From NCBI RefSeq assembly GCF_009914755.1, contig NC_060926.1: a stretch of 64,000 nt of DNA. One strand, given 5' to 3'. Below are positions 12,810 to 27,405 of this stretch, piece by piece (position 1 is the stretch's first letter; each line of letters begins with the position of its first letter). The translations under genes and the position numbers were made by a program. Under the pieces are notes generated by a model. That model did not search any database. It was not told the origin of the DNA and worked only from the letters and a program-made list of their open reading frames with translations. Source of the stretch: the human T2T-CHM13v2.0 reference genome, Homo sapiens.

Positions 12810-14489
12810 TTAAGATATATAGCCTGAACAAAAGGCTCTGTAGCTTTCACAGTTTCAAATATGCTCATAAAACCCCATAGCATAAATAAAACATTTTAGA
12901 ATGTTCTAACAATCTAGAATTATAAATGAGTCATGAAATATAAGGGGGAAAATTTATATACAAATTCAGCCTTGAACCTTCCTGAACTTACTCAGAGTTG
13001 AGTTAAAAAATTTTAAATGGAGCTTATCACGTTTGTGCTTTGGTATTTTTTATTTTTAGTGTAAGTAAAATAGATACATATATGTGCTTTGTGATTTTTG
13101 ATTTTTCATTTACCTCTCTGTAAATTGTCATAAATGCCTGTGGATTTGTGCCTAAGCCTTATATTAAATAAAAAACCAAGTTGTGGGTTCACTAGCAAGA
13201 GGAATATTACTTTTCCTACTTGCAAAAATACAAACAAAAATACAAAATATTTTATTTTCAGAAGAAGTTGTAGGAATAGTATAAATGGCATTTATTAAAA
13301 CATGAGTATTAGACTAAAGTCTATACATGCAGGTTGGTGGTTTTTGAAATGACTTGATTGGTTCTTTACAATTTGGTGATTGTGTTAGTACTTCCTTATT
13401 TTGGTGGGAAATCTGTGTTCCTGAAACTAAGAACCCTCTGTGGGAGTTAGACTTTCAGAGTCTACCTCTCTGCCTGCTTAATACTGGGCCCATCCCCTAC
13501 CCCTACATGCCAGGTAACTGGTACAAGAGGTTAATGGGCCCTGCTTTGAGAAACAGCTTCAGAGATTAGATCCACTCATCTCCTTAGGGCCTTTCTAGAA
13601 TGCTCCATGGTTTTCCATCTCCTAGAATGTGTTTATTTTCATTACAGTTTTAGGACTTAAACATACAGAAATAATAACAATACACAGTACTTTTTTTCTG
13701 CCTCAATTTCCCTGAAGAAGTCCGTCTTTGGAAGTCAAAGATAAAATAATTTGAGATACCAGCTTGATGTAAGCACCAAAACACCTACTGGCCTCTTTTG
13801 TTTAGAAGTGTTGTTTCTGTTGAGTATGACTGTTCTCCAGCCATCATTCAGGGAAGAGTATGTGATGTGTTTTCTATATTTATAATGCTTAGAAGATCAT
13901 TAGCACATATTAGCCACAAAGAAGCACTCTTTTACATTGTTAAGTGTCTGCACTCACCAGAGGCTCTACTTTGCCAGGTTAGTTCCCTTTGTTCACCTCT
14001 GTCATTGTCAATTTTTTGAAGTGGAACTTCACACAATTGTGAGAGAGTTCCCACAAGTTGCAGGAGCTGCAGGTGCTGGGGGAAAGGCATTGACAACACA
14101 GATGCATACAGGCAAAGGCAACCAAGTCTATGGAGTGGTGGGAGAACCAGGCTCAAGATTTTAAAAGCACTTGGAGTCTTTGTGTTCCCTGTCACACAAC
14201 TTGAAGACCTACTTTTATAGGTGGAAAACAGCAGGTGGCCACAGAGACATAGGATCTGCTGTCACTGAAGGAGAGACTTGTTCGTAGCACTGTGCCCTAT
14301 TGCTAATCTTTCCTACTCCATACCACTGAAGGAGAGGGGGCAGTCTGAACCCAGGGTGTAGCCATCCAGATGAGGCTCAAAGCTGGACAGGATGTAGTGA
14401 AAAAATGGAGCCAGGATAATGAACAATTAAGAGCACACTTATTGCACCTGTGGCTGTGCGCAACTGAGTAGGGGTAACTTAGAATGATG

Positions 14490-14730
14490 CATTTCCAAAA
14501 TTTTTGGACCAGTCTACACTTCAATATATGTAACCAAAATAAAAGTTCATGAAATATCATTTATACATATTCCATGCAATACTTTATGATATTTTCTATT
14601 CTATCTTCTGCCCTGTTCTTTTCTTGTATAATTTATTCTACATAGCTATTAAAATAACATCTGACCTCAAATCATTAAATTCCTTATGCAACCCACTAAT
14701 AGATCATGACCTATAGTGTGAAAAACTGTA
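14490..14730. mobile_element. hAT-Charlie MITE remnant (Charlie4z-like)
   Basis: Ends CAACCCACTAATAGATCATGACCTATAGTGTGAAAAACTG, similar to Charlie-type termini. Confidence 0.45.
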
Positions 14731-15676
14731 GTTTATTCTTAACATATTTAGCTAAATATGAATAACGTGAATCAAAACTGATGATAGGCATCTACTGGAT
14801 TGTGTTTAAACTATTTTCAGACATAATGTATGTAAAGTGCTTAGCAAATACTCTGGCACACCCTATGAAGTCATTTGTTATTGGCTGTTATGTTCAATAT
14901 ATAAATCAAGACAGTTATTTTCATGAAGGATTCCAATACTTTACTGTGTTATTTGAAAACCAAACCAAAAAAAATGGTAATAGCAACACCTGTAACATGT
15001 AGAATAATTGTTTTGGAGACGGCATAGGGGAGTTTGGACCATTGTTCATTGATTAGTATGTGCTTCTTTATTTGCCATGAAATGACTATACACATTTCCT
15101 TTTCTTTATTTATGTCTGTAGGAGAGATTGAAGATTTGTCCAAATTTCCTTTAAATGTTTAACTTTCTTTCTCACTACCGAGCTGACCTCTTTCCTATCC
15201 CTTCTGGCCTCTGTGAGCTCCGCCCTCTTTCCCAGTTCATCATGAGCTGGGAAATTCTTACATCAATGCTGACAGAGGAAACAATGCACCTACTTCATAA
15301 GAGAGGATTAATTTCTTTCTTTTGCTCCAAGTTTTCAACCTTAGAGTGTTTATATTTTTCATATACTTTGACCTATGGAATATTATTAATAGATTTCCTG
15401 ATATTAAATATTCCTTTACTCTGTAATTAAAATTGCTAATTTATTTATTTATTTAAAATATGACTTAATTTCTTATGCCAGCATATCATTTGGAATTTTT
15501 GAAATTATATTCATAAACTAGATTAGCATATAATTTCTGATTCCTGGATTCATTCATTCACTTACTAATTTATGTATCATTGAACAAATATGAATCGTGC
15601 CTGGCTTTATGGAATTTATAGTCCAGTAATAGATACATATAAGTATCCTTGAAGAAGTGACATCCAAACTGACCTC

Positions 15677-16088
15677 TGTGTTAATTAGAATGGGGCACTG
15701 TAACACAGAGATCTGATTATCTTAACTGACTCAAATGAGAGATAGAAGTTTCTTTTACTCCTACACGGCAGTCTGAAGTGAAGCATATAGGCCTAGTGGG
15801 GTAGTCACACCAACCTCAACATGCGACCCCCAAGGTTAGCTCCATTCCTCTGCCTTTCCAGGCCAGCCATCAAGAATATGTACACGGAGTCTAGGACAAG
15901 TGTCCTTACGGAGATAGCCTGAAAGTTGTACACAAGTCTTCTGCTCACATCCTATATCCACACTTAGTTGCAAGGGAGGCTGGCAAATATACTCTGTATT
16001 GGGCAGCCGGGTAATTGGTGAAACTGAGGGTACCACAAAGAAGAAAGGAAGACTGGATAAAGGAGAGCAATTAGCATTCGCTGCCCAA
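15677..16088 (-). mobile_element. MaLR solo LTR (MLT1J/K-like)
   Basis: TCTTCTGCTCACATCC...CTTAGTTGCAAGGGAGGCTGGCAAATATACTCT, an MLT1 signature. Confidence 0.7.
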
Positions 16089-16199
16089 TATCTAAAAGAG
16101 TAAATAGGAACTAATCAGGGGAAGGGTATAGGGAGTAAGAAAGACTGTTCTATCCACCTTGCAGTTCCAAAGAGGATACTGAGAAGCAAATGGGCAGTT

Positions 16200-16600
16200 T
16201 TGTAATGCAGTGTTGGAAATACAATGAAAAGGTATGTGCAGCGTACTGACCACTGAGGGGCACATGTGAGGGGCACCTAACCCAAGCTTGGAAGGCAAGA
16301 TGAGAGGAGCTTTCCTATCTAGGCTGAAGTCTGAAGAGTGAAGTCAATCACCCAATAATTGTTGGAGGACAAAGAAGCATGAAATTTGAAGGCCCTGACA
16401 TAAGGCTGAGCATAGAGTGATTAAGAAACGTAAAAAAATTAGTTTGGCTGGTAGACCCATTGCAGGGAAAGTCATGACAAGAAATGAGGCTCTGAGAGGT
16501 TAGCTAGAGGAAGATCATGCTTTACTGAAAGCTAAGGAGATTGGACTTTATTCTAAAGGCAAGAAGGATTTGTTCAAGGGTTCAACTCAGGAGAAGGATG
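16200..16600 (-). mobile_element. L2 fragment
   Basis: GGGGCACCTAACCCAAGCTTGG and GCTAAGGAGATTGGACTTTATTCTAAAGGCAA, L2 antisense motifs. Confidence 0.7.
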
Positions 16601-19139
16601 GATGCTATTTATTATACAAACCCAGTCTGAGTTATAGCTGCCACACTAATTCCTGTGGCCGAAGGAGGAAGGCACAAAATATGAAAACTTCCTGCTCAAC
16701 CCTCTAGAATAAAGCTAATATAAATGCTTACAATACACCTTAATGTGGTTTTCATACAAACTACTTAGCTGCAAAATACTTCATTTAGTTAATGATAATT
16801 GAATTTCTACTCTATTTCGTACTCATTGATTGAACTACATAATGTGCATACCCTGAGAAACAAACAAAAAATCATTCTACAGTGACATAAAATAGAGCCT
16901 TATAAATATATTTATCAACAGAATGAGAGGAAGAAGTAATAAATAAGGAAGAAAGTACAGTAGCCATTAAACAAACAAATGATGGAAGACATTAATCTGG
17001 AAGTGTATATTATGGTAACATCTAAATATTGGATACAGGAAGATACCCTGTATTATTTTTAAGGCATTTCACACACCCTGCTACTGTACAGTGTGTTCCT
17101 GATGATGTGGGTGTCCCAATTTGAAAAAAATACTAATATGCTCAATGTCTAGAGTGAGAGAGGCCTGAGAGATAATTAGAACTTATGAATGAACTAGGGA
17201 AACACCCCAAATGCCACTCCATTAATTTAAAGTGAGGAATAGAATGGTTGCACCCAGTGGAAATGCTTCTGTTAGCATAATCAGCTTATGTCTTATGTCG
17301 CTCTTTAGTCAAGCTTTATGGGAAGCCAAATCATAGTCAGACATCACTTCATCAATTTCCTGGGAGAAATCACTGTAATTCAGACTAGAAATAATTGTGA
17401 CAGCATGATGGATACATTCTGTGCTCATAGACAGGCTTATGTGGGAATGGGGAGGTTGCTTGGTGAGCAGGGAATCAAGAGTGTTGGTTGAATAAAATGT
17501 AAAGACCCCTTGGTGAGAGAATATGGTGACCCTGGCTCACTTTAGATTTTGGTGGCAGTTTTCTTTATTAAATTTTAGCTTAATTCTGAAAAAGTGATAC
17601 TCAAAATAGTATTGTCTTTTCCAAGTTCTAAGGAGCACAGTAGCCTCCAATGCTTATAAATATACAAAAGAAAATTTGAGTTAAGAACAAAAATATTTTA
17701 GATACTATTATAGTACTGAGGAGCAGCAAAAATCCATAAAAGGTCATTTGGATCTGCTTTTTTTTTTTTTGTACCTTCAGATAATTTTGATTAGCTTTCA
17801 TTTTTATTTGCATTACCCAGAGGGCACACACTGGAATCCACCAGAACTGAATACACATTGTTTTGTTTGCCTTGCAGTGCATTTTTTTTTCCACCGGATA
17901 TTTCAAATGAAAATCACATAAATCTGTATTGCTGACTGTCATCTTGAAAAAGGATACCTGTTGAATTGGGTAACTCTTTTCATGAAAATAACTTAAAAAA
18001 CTGGATGAAATATAAAAGCATCTTTTGAATGTATTGTGACTTTTGGAAAAAATAAGATATCCCAAAATGCTTAAAATTAACTGAAGATGTTCGGCTTGAA
18101 ATACAGGCGCCAAAAATGGATTTCACACTTAGGGTTTCTGGCAAGCCCTGATTCAGTTTTTATTTGAAGGATGAATGTCCCGGAATAGATAAGATATGAA
18201 GTCTAGATTGTGCTTCAGATGGGAAGTTGAACAGGAGAATCTCCGTATAGAGTGGGAATACAAAAGGACAACAAACTATAAAGTGAGAGCATCTTGTCTG
18301 TGTCAACTTCGATTTGAGAGGAGGGAAAAAAAGTTTCCTTTGAAAATTTGAGTTGGCCCTAAACAAAATTTCAGCCAAAATTCATGCTACCTGTGTGAAC
18401 AAACTCCAAATAGAGAATTTAATTTAAGGTGGTCCCAGGATGGTAGTGAAATAAACAGTTGGCAGAAACAAATTTTCTAGAAATATGAAGTTTCTTATAA
18501 GGTCTTAAATAATTTCCACAGGTGTATTTCAAGAAATGTGGGCTTAAGCCAAAAAATATCAGTAAAGCTCATAAACGAGTGCCAGTAGAACAAACAGCAA
18601 AACACAGGAGAATTACATCTATAAAAGCTACATATATTGGAATTATGAGACATAAATATAAAAAATAATTTTGTGTACTCTGTTTTGAGAATTAAGGCTT
18701 TAAAATGGCAGCAAATAAAGAGATATTAAAAACAACATAATTAAAAACAAATCAAATAGAACTTTTGGAAATTAAAAATATATATATCTATATGTGTATA
18801 TGTAAATCACTATATGTATATATGTATGTAGTGATTTAAATTAAAAATTCAATGAGAATGAGATATATCTGCTCCAAAAAAAGAGAATTAATTTGTTCCA
18901 GATGAATTATCTCAACCAAGAATAACCAAATCTTAAAATATAATAAACATTTTTATAGCACTAGAAAAGTACTAAGTGAACAAGATTCTCTTCTGGAAAG
19001 AGAATAAATTCAGAAATGTGAACATTTTCCAATTAAAGCAATGACTGAGCAATGAGAAGCTGAGAAGAGCTTCGGGCAGTTTCACTGATCTGGAGGGACA
19101 GAAATTGAAGAACAAGGTCCAGAAGGCACCTATTCCCAT

Positions 19140-19663
19140 CACGCTTGCTGCATACAAATTATCCCAAATGTAGTGTTCTGAAACTATTTTCTATGGTTTA
19201 TAAATTTAAGGAAGTCACAGCACATAGCATGGTGGCTTGTCTCTGTGCCGTGGTGTTTGAGGCCTCAACTAGAAAGATTCAATGGCTGGGGGTAAGAAGA
19301 CTGGAATCATCTGGAGGGGTATTCATTCAAATGTGTGAGACTTGATGCTGGCTGTCAGCTGGGATCCGTCTTCCCAAACACAACTGAAGACATCATCCCA
19401 AATACAAGATATGGCCTGTTCATCTAGTATCTCCAAATTGTCTTATTTGGGATTCCTCACAGGATGGGCTTTAAGGCTGAGAATATCACTTTAAAAAAGC
19501 AGAAGTACAAGGCATTTTTGTGATCTAACCTCAAAAATCACATGTCTGGATTTCTGTCATTCTCCATCGACAGAGTTGTCACAGATCCTGAGCATACACT
19601 CAGGATCAAGGGAAATAGACATGGTTAAAGGCAGATTATCTTTGGAAAATAGAATCTGTCACA
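19140..19663 (-). mobile_element. MaLR solo LTR (MLT1H/G-like) nested in L1M
   Basis: TTGCTGCATACAAATTATCCCAAA...CTGGAATCATCTGGAGG...TGATGCTGGCTGTCAGCTGGGA...ATCTTTGGAAAATAGAATCTGTCACA. Confidence 0.75.
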
Positions 19664-20744
19664 AGACTCTGGGCTTTTATTTTGGATTCTGAAATGGCTG
19701 AAACATGGAAATCAGACATCACAAGGACTGAAGCCCAGTTTCAAATCAGCTGAGTCTCATAATGCATTAAGATGCCATGTTCCTTCTACAATATTCTTCT
19801 CACAGCAAAGAAAATTTCTCTCTGGAAGAAAATATTATCATCCATAACTTTCTGTATGCTCTGCAGTTAATACACAGTGTATGACATTAAATAAAAAATG
19901 AGATATGCAAAAATATATAATGGCCAAAACAAAGAAAAAGGTAGCAAAAAAGCAAACCACAAAAGATGTAGATATTAGAATTATATCTACAGGGGTATTT
20001 AAATATAATAGATCGATGTAATTATGCATTAATGTAATACTATAGAAATTAAATGACAAGATGGAGAATTATAGCAGAAGAAGAGAGCTGTAGCAAAGAA
20101 TAAAATGGAAATCCTAGAATTGAAAGTTATAATAATTCAATGATTTGAATCATAGTTTTAACAGTAGATTAGACAAAGCTAAAGAAAGAATGTGTTAACT
20201 GGAAGATGAATTAACATTAATTTGTAGAATAAAACAGACAAAATGATGAAAATCCAGAAAAAATATAAGACATAAAGCATAGTTAAAAATATCTTGCATA
20301 TACATACCTAAAATACCCATAGAAGAAAAGAGAAATAAAGGGACAAAGTCAATAGATAACTGGTAAGGATTTTCTAAATCTGATGAAAGCCATTAAGCCA
20401 CAGATTTAAGAAATTCTAGGCACTGCAAGAAAACTGCATGTATTAGTACTTATTTCATATTAAAATATCTAAAACCACAGGTAAAGAGACAAAGTTAAGT
20501 GCAATTAGAGATTTAAAAAAAGATGTTAGCATTCTGGGATTAAAGTGATAGAGATGTCTGACTTTTCATTAGAAACATGAAAACCAAATTCAGTGGAAGA
20601 ATTATTGGAACACTGAAAATAACTGATATTCTATTATTTTTATACTAGCAAAATGTTACTCAAAAATAAAGTTGAAATAAAGACACTTTCATATAAAGAA
20701 AACCTTAGAATGTGTCACCAGTATTTCCATACGAAAGGAAATAC

Positions 20745-20938
20745 TTCCAGCTTCATCCATGTCCCTGCAAAGGACATGAACTCATTCTTTTTTATGGCCA
20801 CATAGTATTCCGTAGTATATATGTGCCACATTTTCTTTATCCAGTCTATCGTTGATGGGCTTTTGGGTTGGTTCCAAGTCTTTGCTATTGGAAGTAGTGC
20901 TGCAATAAGCATACGTGTGCATGTGTCTTTATAGTAGA
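20745..20938 (-). mobile_element. L1PA7/8-like ORF2 C-terminal fragment, inverted
   Basis: Encodes DTCTRMLIAALLPIAKTWNQPK...WIKKMWHIY...FAGTWMKLE on the minus strand. Confidence 0.92.
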
Positions 20939-20940
20939 TC

Positions 20941-21062
20941 AGGTAGGTATGTATTATTCGCCCCATTTTGCAGATGAGAAAGGAAAGCCCAGAGAGAGTA
21001 AAGGATTTGCCCAAGTTCACACAGAGAACAGGTGGTGGAGCGAGGATTTACACCCAGGCTGC
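20941..21062 (-). mobile_element. MIR
   Basis: CCCCATTTTGCAGATGAGAAAG...GATTTGCCCAAGTTCACACAG, the MIR core. Confidence 0.85.
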
Positions 21063-21819
21063 AGAGGAAGTGGGGGCAGAAGAGATGAACCTGCATTTTA
21101 TATCATCATCACACTTGTTTCTTGAATTTATACAGTAGGTTGTGTGTTCATATACTGAAAACATTCACCTATTTATACATGGGGTTAACAGGTTGCATTA
21201 GGTGGTGAGAATATGGTTATTTTGTTTTTATTTGCATTTATGTGCATCCAATTTATGTACCCATTATGAACATGATATCATATGTAATAAGAAAAAATAC
21301 AATAAATGCAATTTTGAAGCACACACAACAAAAGAAAGGTAACACTTAAGAGTGTTCTTCATGCAGAAGAGATACAGAATGCAGAACAAACAGGAAATAT
21401 GAGGGTAGCTCCAAATGACTGTTGACTCTGTAAAACTATAATAACTACTTTAAGGTGAAATATAGAAAGAACTGAAATATATGACAGAGCATAAAAAAGT
21501 GTGGTCATACAGTAAGTAGAAGTAAAGTAGCCTAAATCTGCATTATCTAGAATGTGATAAAAGTAGTAATTTGTTCTATATTCCTTTTTCTTATTATTTT
21601 CCAAATCATTTAATTATTTTTAGTCAGTGACCTCCTACATTAGCTTGGGAGTTATACATTATTTCAGTACTCATTTAGTGGATACCATAGAGATTATCAT
21701 CTGCAGTTTCTGCAAAGAATGAATAGTAAGATATATATTAGTAATGGCATAACAATAGTAACTCAAAGAGGCAAAATACTCCAATTAAAAGACAGACTTT
21801 CAGACTATATTGAAAAACA

Positions 21820-23360
<1,541 letters not shown>

Positions 23361-23614
23361 AACCTATATACTATATGCTACTTATTAGACATGCCATAAT
23401 TATAAAGATGCAGAAAATTTAGACATAAAGAGTTGGAAAGACATTCCATGCCATCCCTGATATAAATTTTTACACTGAAGAAGAACAATTAAAGTTAAAA
23501 TGTGTGGGAAGAAGTACAATTAAAGTCAATGCTTTGTGGCAATAATAGGAAACTAGAAATGGATGGTGTTAGAAGTGGATGAGGCATTCTTTTAAGTTGG
23601 CAAAAATTTCATTA

Positions 23615-23815
23615 AGATTTTTTATAACATTTTATTATGAAAATTTTTCAAAACTATGGAAAACTTGAAAGCATTTGAGAATTGATGTTTATGTCCCTAA
23701 TACCTAGAGTCTACACATTTTGCTGCATTTGCTTGATGACATACCTATTCATTTTTCTGTTCATTCTTTCATCTATTTTTTCAAATTTCAAAGTGAGTTA
23801 CAAGCATCAGTGAAT
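23615..23815 (-). mobile_element. L1M (L1MC-like) 3' end
   Basis: TTTATTATGAAAATTTTTCAAAAC...AACTTGAAAG...TTTCAAAGTGAGTTACAAGCATCAGT. Confidence 0.6.
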
Positions 23816-25634
23816 ACAGTATGTTTTTGTACTAATGGGAATAATTCAGAAGAGAGAAAATCTTTTGATGATTCTAAGAAAGAGTGGGAAAATCACTGGA
23901 ACAATGTCCTTGAAAACTTAGGGTGGGTAGGAATCGTGTGAGAAGGTAAAAGCTGTCAGGAGGACCTCAGGCACTTGATCAAGATGGAAGTTCCATGGGG
24001 GAAAGTCAGAGTATAAAGGTCAGGGGCAAGTGGTGGGCAGAGGTGATAATAGGGTATGTGGATGTTCTCACCCATTCTACCTTCTCCAGAAATATTAAAC
24101 ATGATGTAGGAAATCAGCAGCAGGGAATAAAGTTGGCAAAGACAGAATTGGATTCAGGATTGAGGAAAAGCTGTGAAGTAATCATGGGGATAAATAAAAT
24201 TAGGATTTTAGAGCATCCCTAAAGCCTACTTGAGGTACACGGTTATGAATATTTTCTTATGGTACCAATGTAGATGACTTAGGAAGAATTGAGAGCAATG
24301 GTGTTTTTACAAATATTGTATTATTCATATAGTGTTTGCACATACTTATATGAATAGACTAATAATGTTTCAGTAACATTATTCAAAGACATGGACAGGA
24401 GCATCTTCTTCTCACTTAGACAACCTCACAGCAACCACAAACTTAATGTTTTTTTATAGTGCTGTCAAATTGCGTCGCCTAATTTAGAAATGTTACACAT
24501 AAAACTTTAATGTTAAGGGAGACATTTAATGGCTGTGAGTTAGGAAAACTATTCATAACATCTTTTTATGCTGAGTAAAGTTCAGAAAGAAAAAAGTGTT
24601 TAGACTATCCAGTAAATAAAAAATGTATTATGAAAGAAAACACTCAACCATTTGATTTTCTGACATTGTTTGGGCATCATCGTGATTGCAATAATATCTC
24701 CAGCTCTTTTATTCTCCAGAAATAATAAACAAGATGCAAGAGGTTTTAGAATTTATTTTTGATTCAGAGCAAGGAATGCTATGCACTTCTTTGTCAACTA
24801 TTTGAGCTTAACTCTGTATATTTTATAAAACTTAGTATTTAAGTTTCATTTCTGTGTTTTTTTTTTAACATTGGAAAATAATTTCACATTTGAATAGAGG
24901 ATGTCAGGGAAATAACAGATTATAAGCCTCAAATCATATCTAGTGATTCTGTTGACATCGTAATAGGCTACTTGAGTGTTAGATGTTAGTGAGGACTTTT
25001 TGGAAAGACTCTCTGTTTTTCTGCTGTGTCAGTTAGTTACTGTTCTAAATTCTTTCATGTCCCCACATAAAGAACTAAAAGTAATTTTAATAGAAAGTAG
25101 AGAACAAGTGGCTTCCTTAAATCTTCTTTTGTCTTTAAGAACTTCTGAGTTAACAATGTCTGGGAGTCTAGAAAAGAACAGATCCTCCTTTGCTCAGTTG
25201 TGAATTCTTCGGTGATTCATGGCAAACTCAAGAAAAAAACACAGGCATCTGTTGTTACAGGAAAATTACCTGCTTTATATCAGCCTAAAGCGGCATCATT
25301 TAGTGAGGTCTCAAGGCCGTATGAAACCAAGCCTTACATTTTTTTTTTTTTGGGGTATTATGTGAAAAGAAATCTTCTCTTTCACATTACTTTTTTTTTT
25401 TTAATGTTACATTTGAAGAAGTACTAAGAAGATTTAGAATTTTAAAAAACTGCTAAGCTCCATTCCATTATGTTTGGAAGGTCATGGATTTATTTGCATT
25501 CACTTACAAGCACTTGGGGTTAGGGCAGAGTTGTCATCTTGGACACACTTTAGTGTATGCAACTACTGATTAAAATAATCCTAGAACCAAATTTAAATCA
25601 TTAGAATCACATTTTTTAGTTTCATTTAAAGTAG

Positions 25635-26221
25635 AAGAGGAGATTTTATTTCTTATGAAGGGTTACAGCCTGCAGGCTGGCTATCCTGACAGGCTGGTAA
25701 GCCAGACACAAATACTTCTAGGGATGGGCAAAAGGAACAGGAATTTATGTTGAGCAGGGTGGCTGAATATACATATTCAATAAACTATAGGAGCAGTCAT
25801 GAGTATTTATGAAAGGAGAAAATGCACATGAGCAATTCAGCTTTAAGCCTCTCCATGGGTCCCATGTACAAAAAATGGCAGCCTTAAGATGAACTGAGAG
25901 TGGAGTTTTCAGCCCTCTGTCTTCAAAACATGAAGCAGAGGACATGAACATTCTTACTGTGTGTTCTCCATAGACTGGCCAGGTCCACTCCATGGTCTCT
26001 TATCAGGCAAAAAAGGAGGGGCAGCATGCTGGTTTCGTTTTAGCCCTTAGAGAAGAAAGGTTAATGGAGGTTAGAGAGGGTCAGTGTGTATAACGAGGGA
26101 TGTCTGACCTGCTATCTTGTCTTGGCTGAGAACTCAGTTTTCAAGATTACTATGGGGTCCCCTACCAAGAGGAGGTCTGCTCAGTTGGTTTGGGGGCTTA
26201 GGATTTTATTTTGATTTCTCA
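25635..26221 (-). mobile_element. ERV1 MER4-group LTR (LTR48/MER83-like), 3' LTR
   Basis: The minus strand begins TGAGAAATCAAAATAAAATCCTAAGCCCCCAAACCAACTGA, directly preceded by a polypurine tract (AAAAGAGAGAAAA). Confidence 0.75.
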
Positions 26222-27110
26222 TTTTCTCTCTTTTGGCCAATATTTGCCAGAGGCAGCATTGATGGCTAAACTTTTATTTTTTCCCATATCATTGCCAGGA
26301 TGGTGTGGCTACCTGCCCCAGGTCTATCCTGTCCCTTGGTGGAAGCCCTATAGACAAGGGACTTAGAGCCAAAAGACTTACAGCCAATTAAACACTCTAG
26401 GTCAGATGGGAATGGAAGTGGGTAGGCATTCATCAACAAACAATATAAAAGCCAAAAACCGAAGCCAAAAAGCAAGGTTACAAAGTCGCTTTGTAAATTC
26501 TGTGCATTGAGCTACTGCAATCTTGGAATTAGTTAAAGGCTTGTAGCCATTTGCTGTATAAAACATAAGCATTCTGTTAAAACCTTTTAAGGCAAGGAAT
26601 TCAGAGACCTTTGTTGTGCCACAATGCTTTTTGCAGTCTCCACTGATTTGTCCTAAGGTAGCTTAAAAATTTATATCTCTATTTGTATAAAACCCATAAC
26701 TGGGAACTGCAACAGCCAGAAGACTCTGTCAACAGGTTTCTTGATATCCTCTTGGTAATTGTCTTTTAAGTCTATGAGAAGCAGGAAAATGTTTACGGTT
26801 GGCATGGATGAAAAGGGGCCACATAATGGCCCAAGAGGCAGTTTCTCAATCTTTCAGTTGTTTAGGCATGTGTGTGCCCATCCTTGATTTGGAGGGTCTG
26901 AACTAATTTTAATCCCTCAAAGCCAGCACTTACAATCTCACATGCCCATCTCCTTCTTCCGCAGTACTCCCTGGGCCTAGAGGGAGGATGCTTCTTTGGT
27001 TTTAGCGATAGGGAATTGGCAATGAAAATGAGATCAGACCCAGTGGGATTCCAAATGTGGGAGATTTGCAGCCTTATTTGAATCATCTCTAATCTTTAGA
27101 GTACCTTGAG
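26222..27110 (-). mobile_element. ERV1 internal (3') region remnant
   Basis: Contiguous with the PPT and LTR, resembles MER4-group internal sequence, no intact ORF. Confidence 0.6.
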
Positions 27111-27294
27111 AATCACTTGTTGTTGGAAGACTTGTCTTCTATAGCTTAATTTTGGCAAATCAGTATGGGTCTTTGAACTAAGAAAAGCAGGTTTCAACAG
27201 AGTTCAGATTCCTTTGTCATAAGACAGACATTCAAGAGACTTTAATTGCTATCTCTTCTAATCCATTTGGTAAATAAGATCACAGATCTAAAAA

Positions 27295-27405
27295 TTATAA
27301 AGTTGGAGGGTCAGAAATGGTCAAGTCAATACCCTCATTTTACAGATTTCTAATCTGGGACCAAAGATAACTGGTTTTCTCAGGGTCACATGGCCAGTTA
27401 GTAAA
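27295..27405 (-). mobile_element. MIR
   Basis: CCCTCATTTTACAGAT...CTCAGGGTCACATGGCCAGTTAGT. Confidence 0.65.

Noticed and set aside
17628-18113. 161-aa minus-strand ORF and AATAAA upstream of an A13 run (possible processed pseudogene end)
   Set aside because: The peptide has AT-driven composition and runs through the A-tract. No TSD or parent gene recognised.
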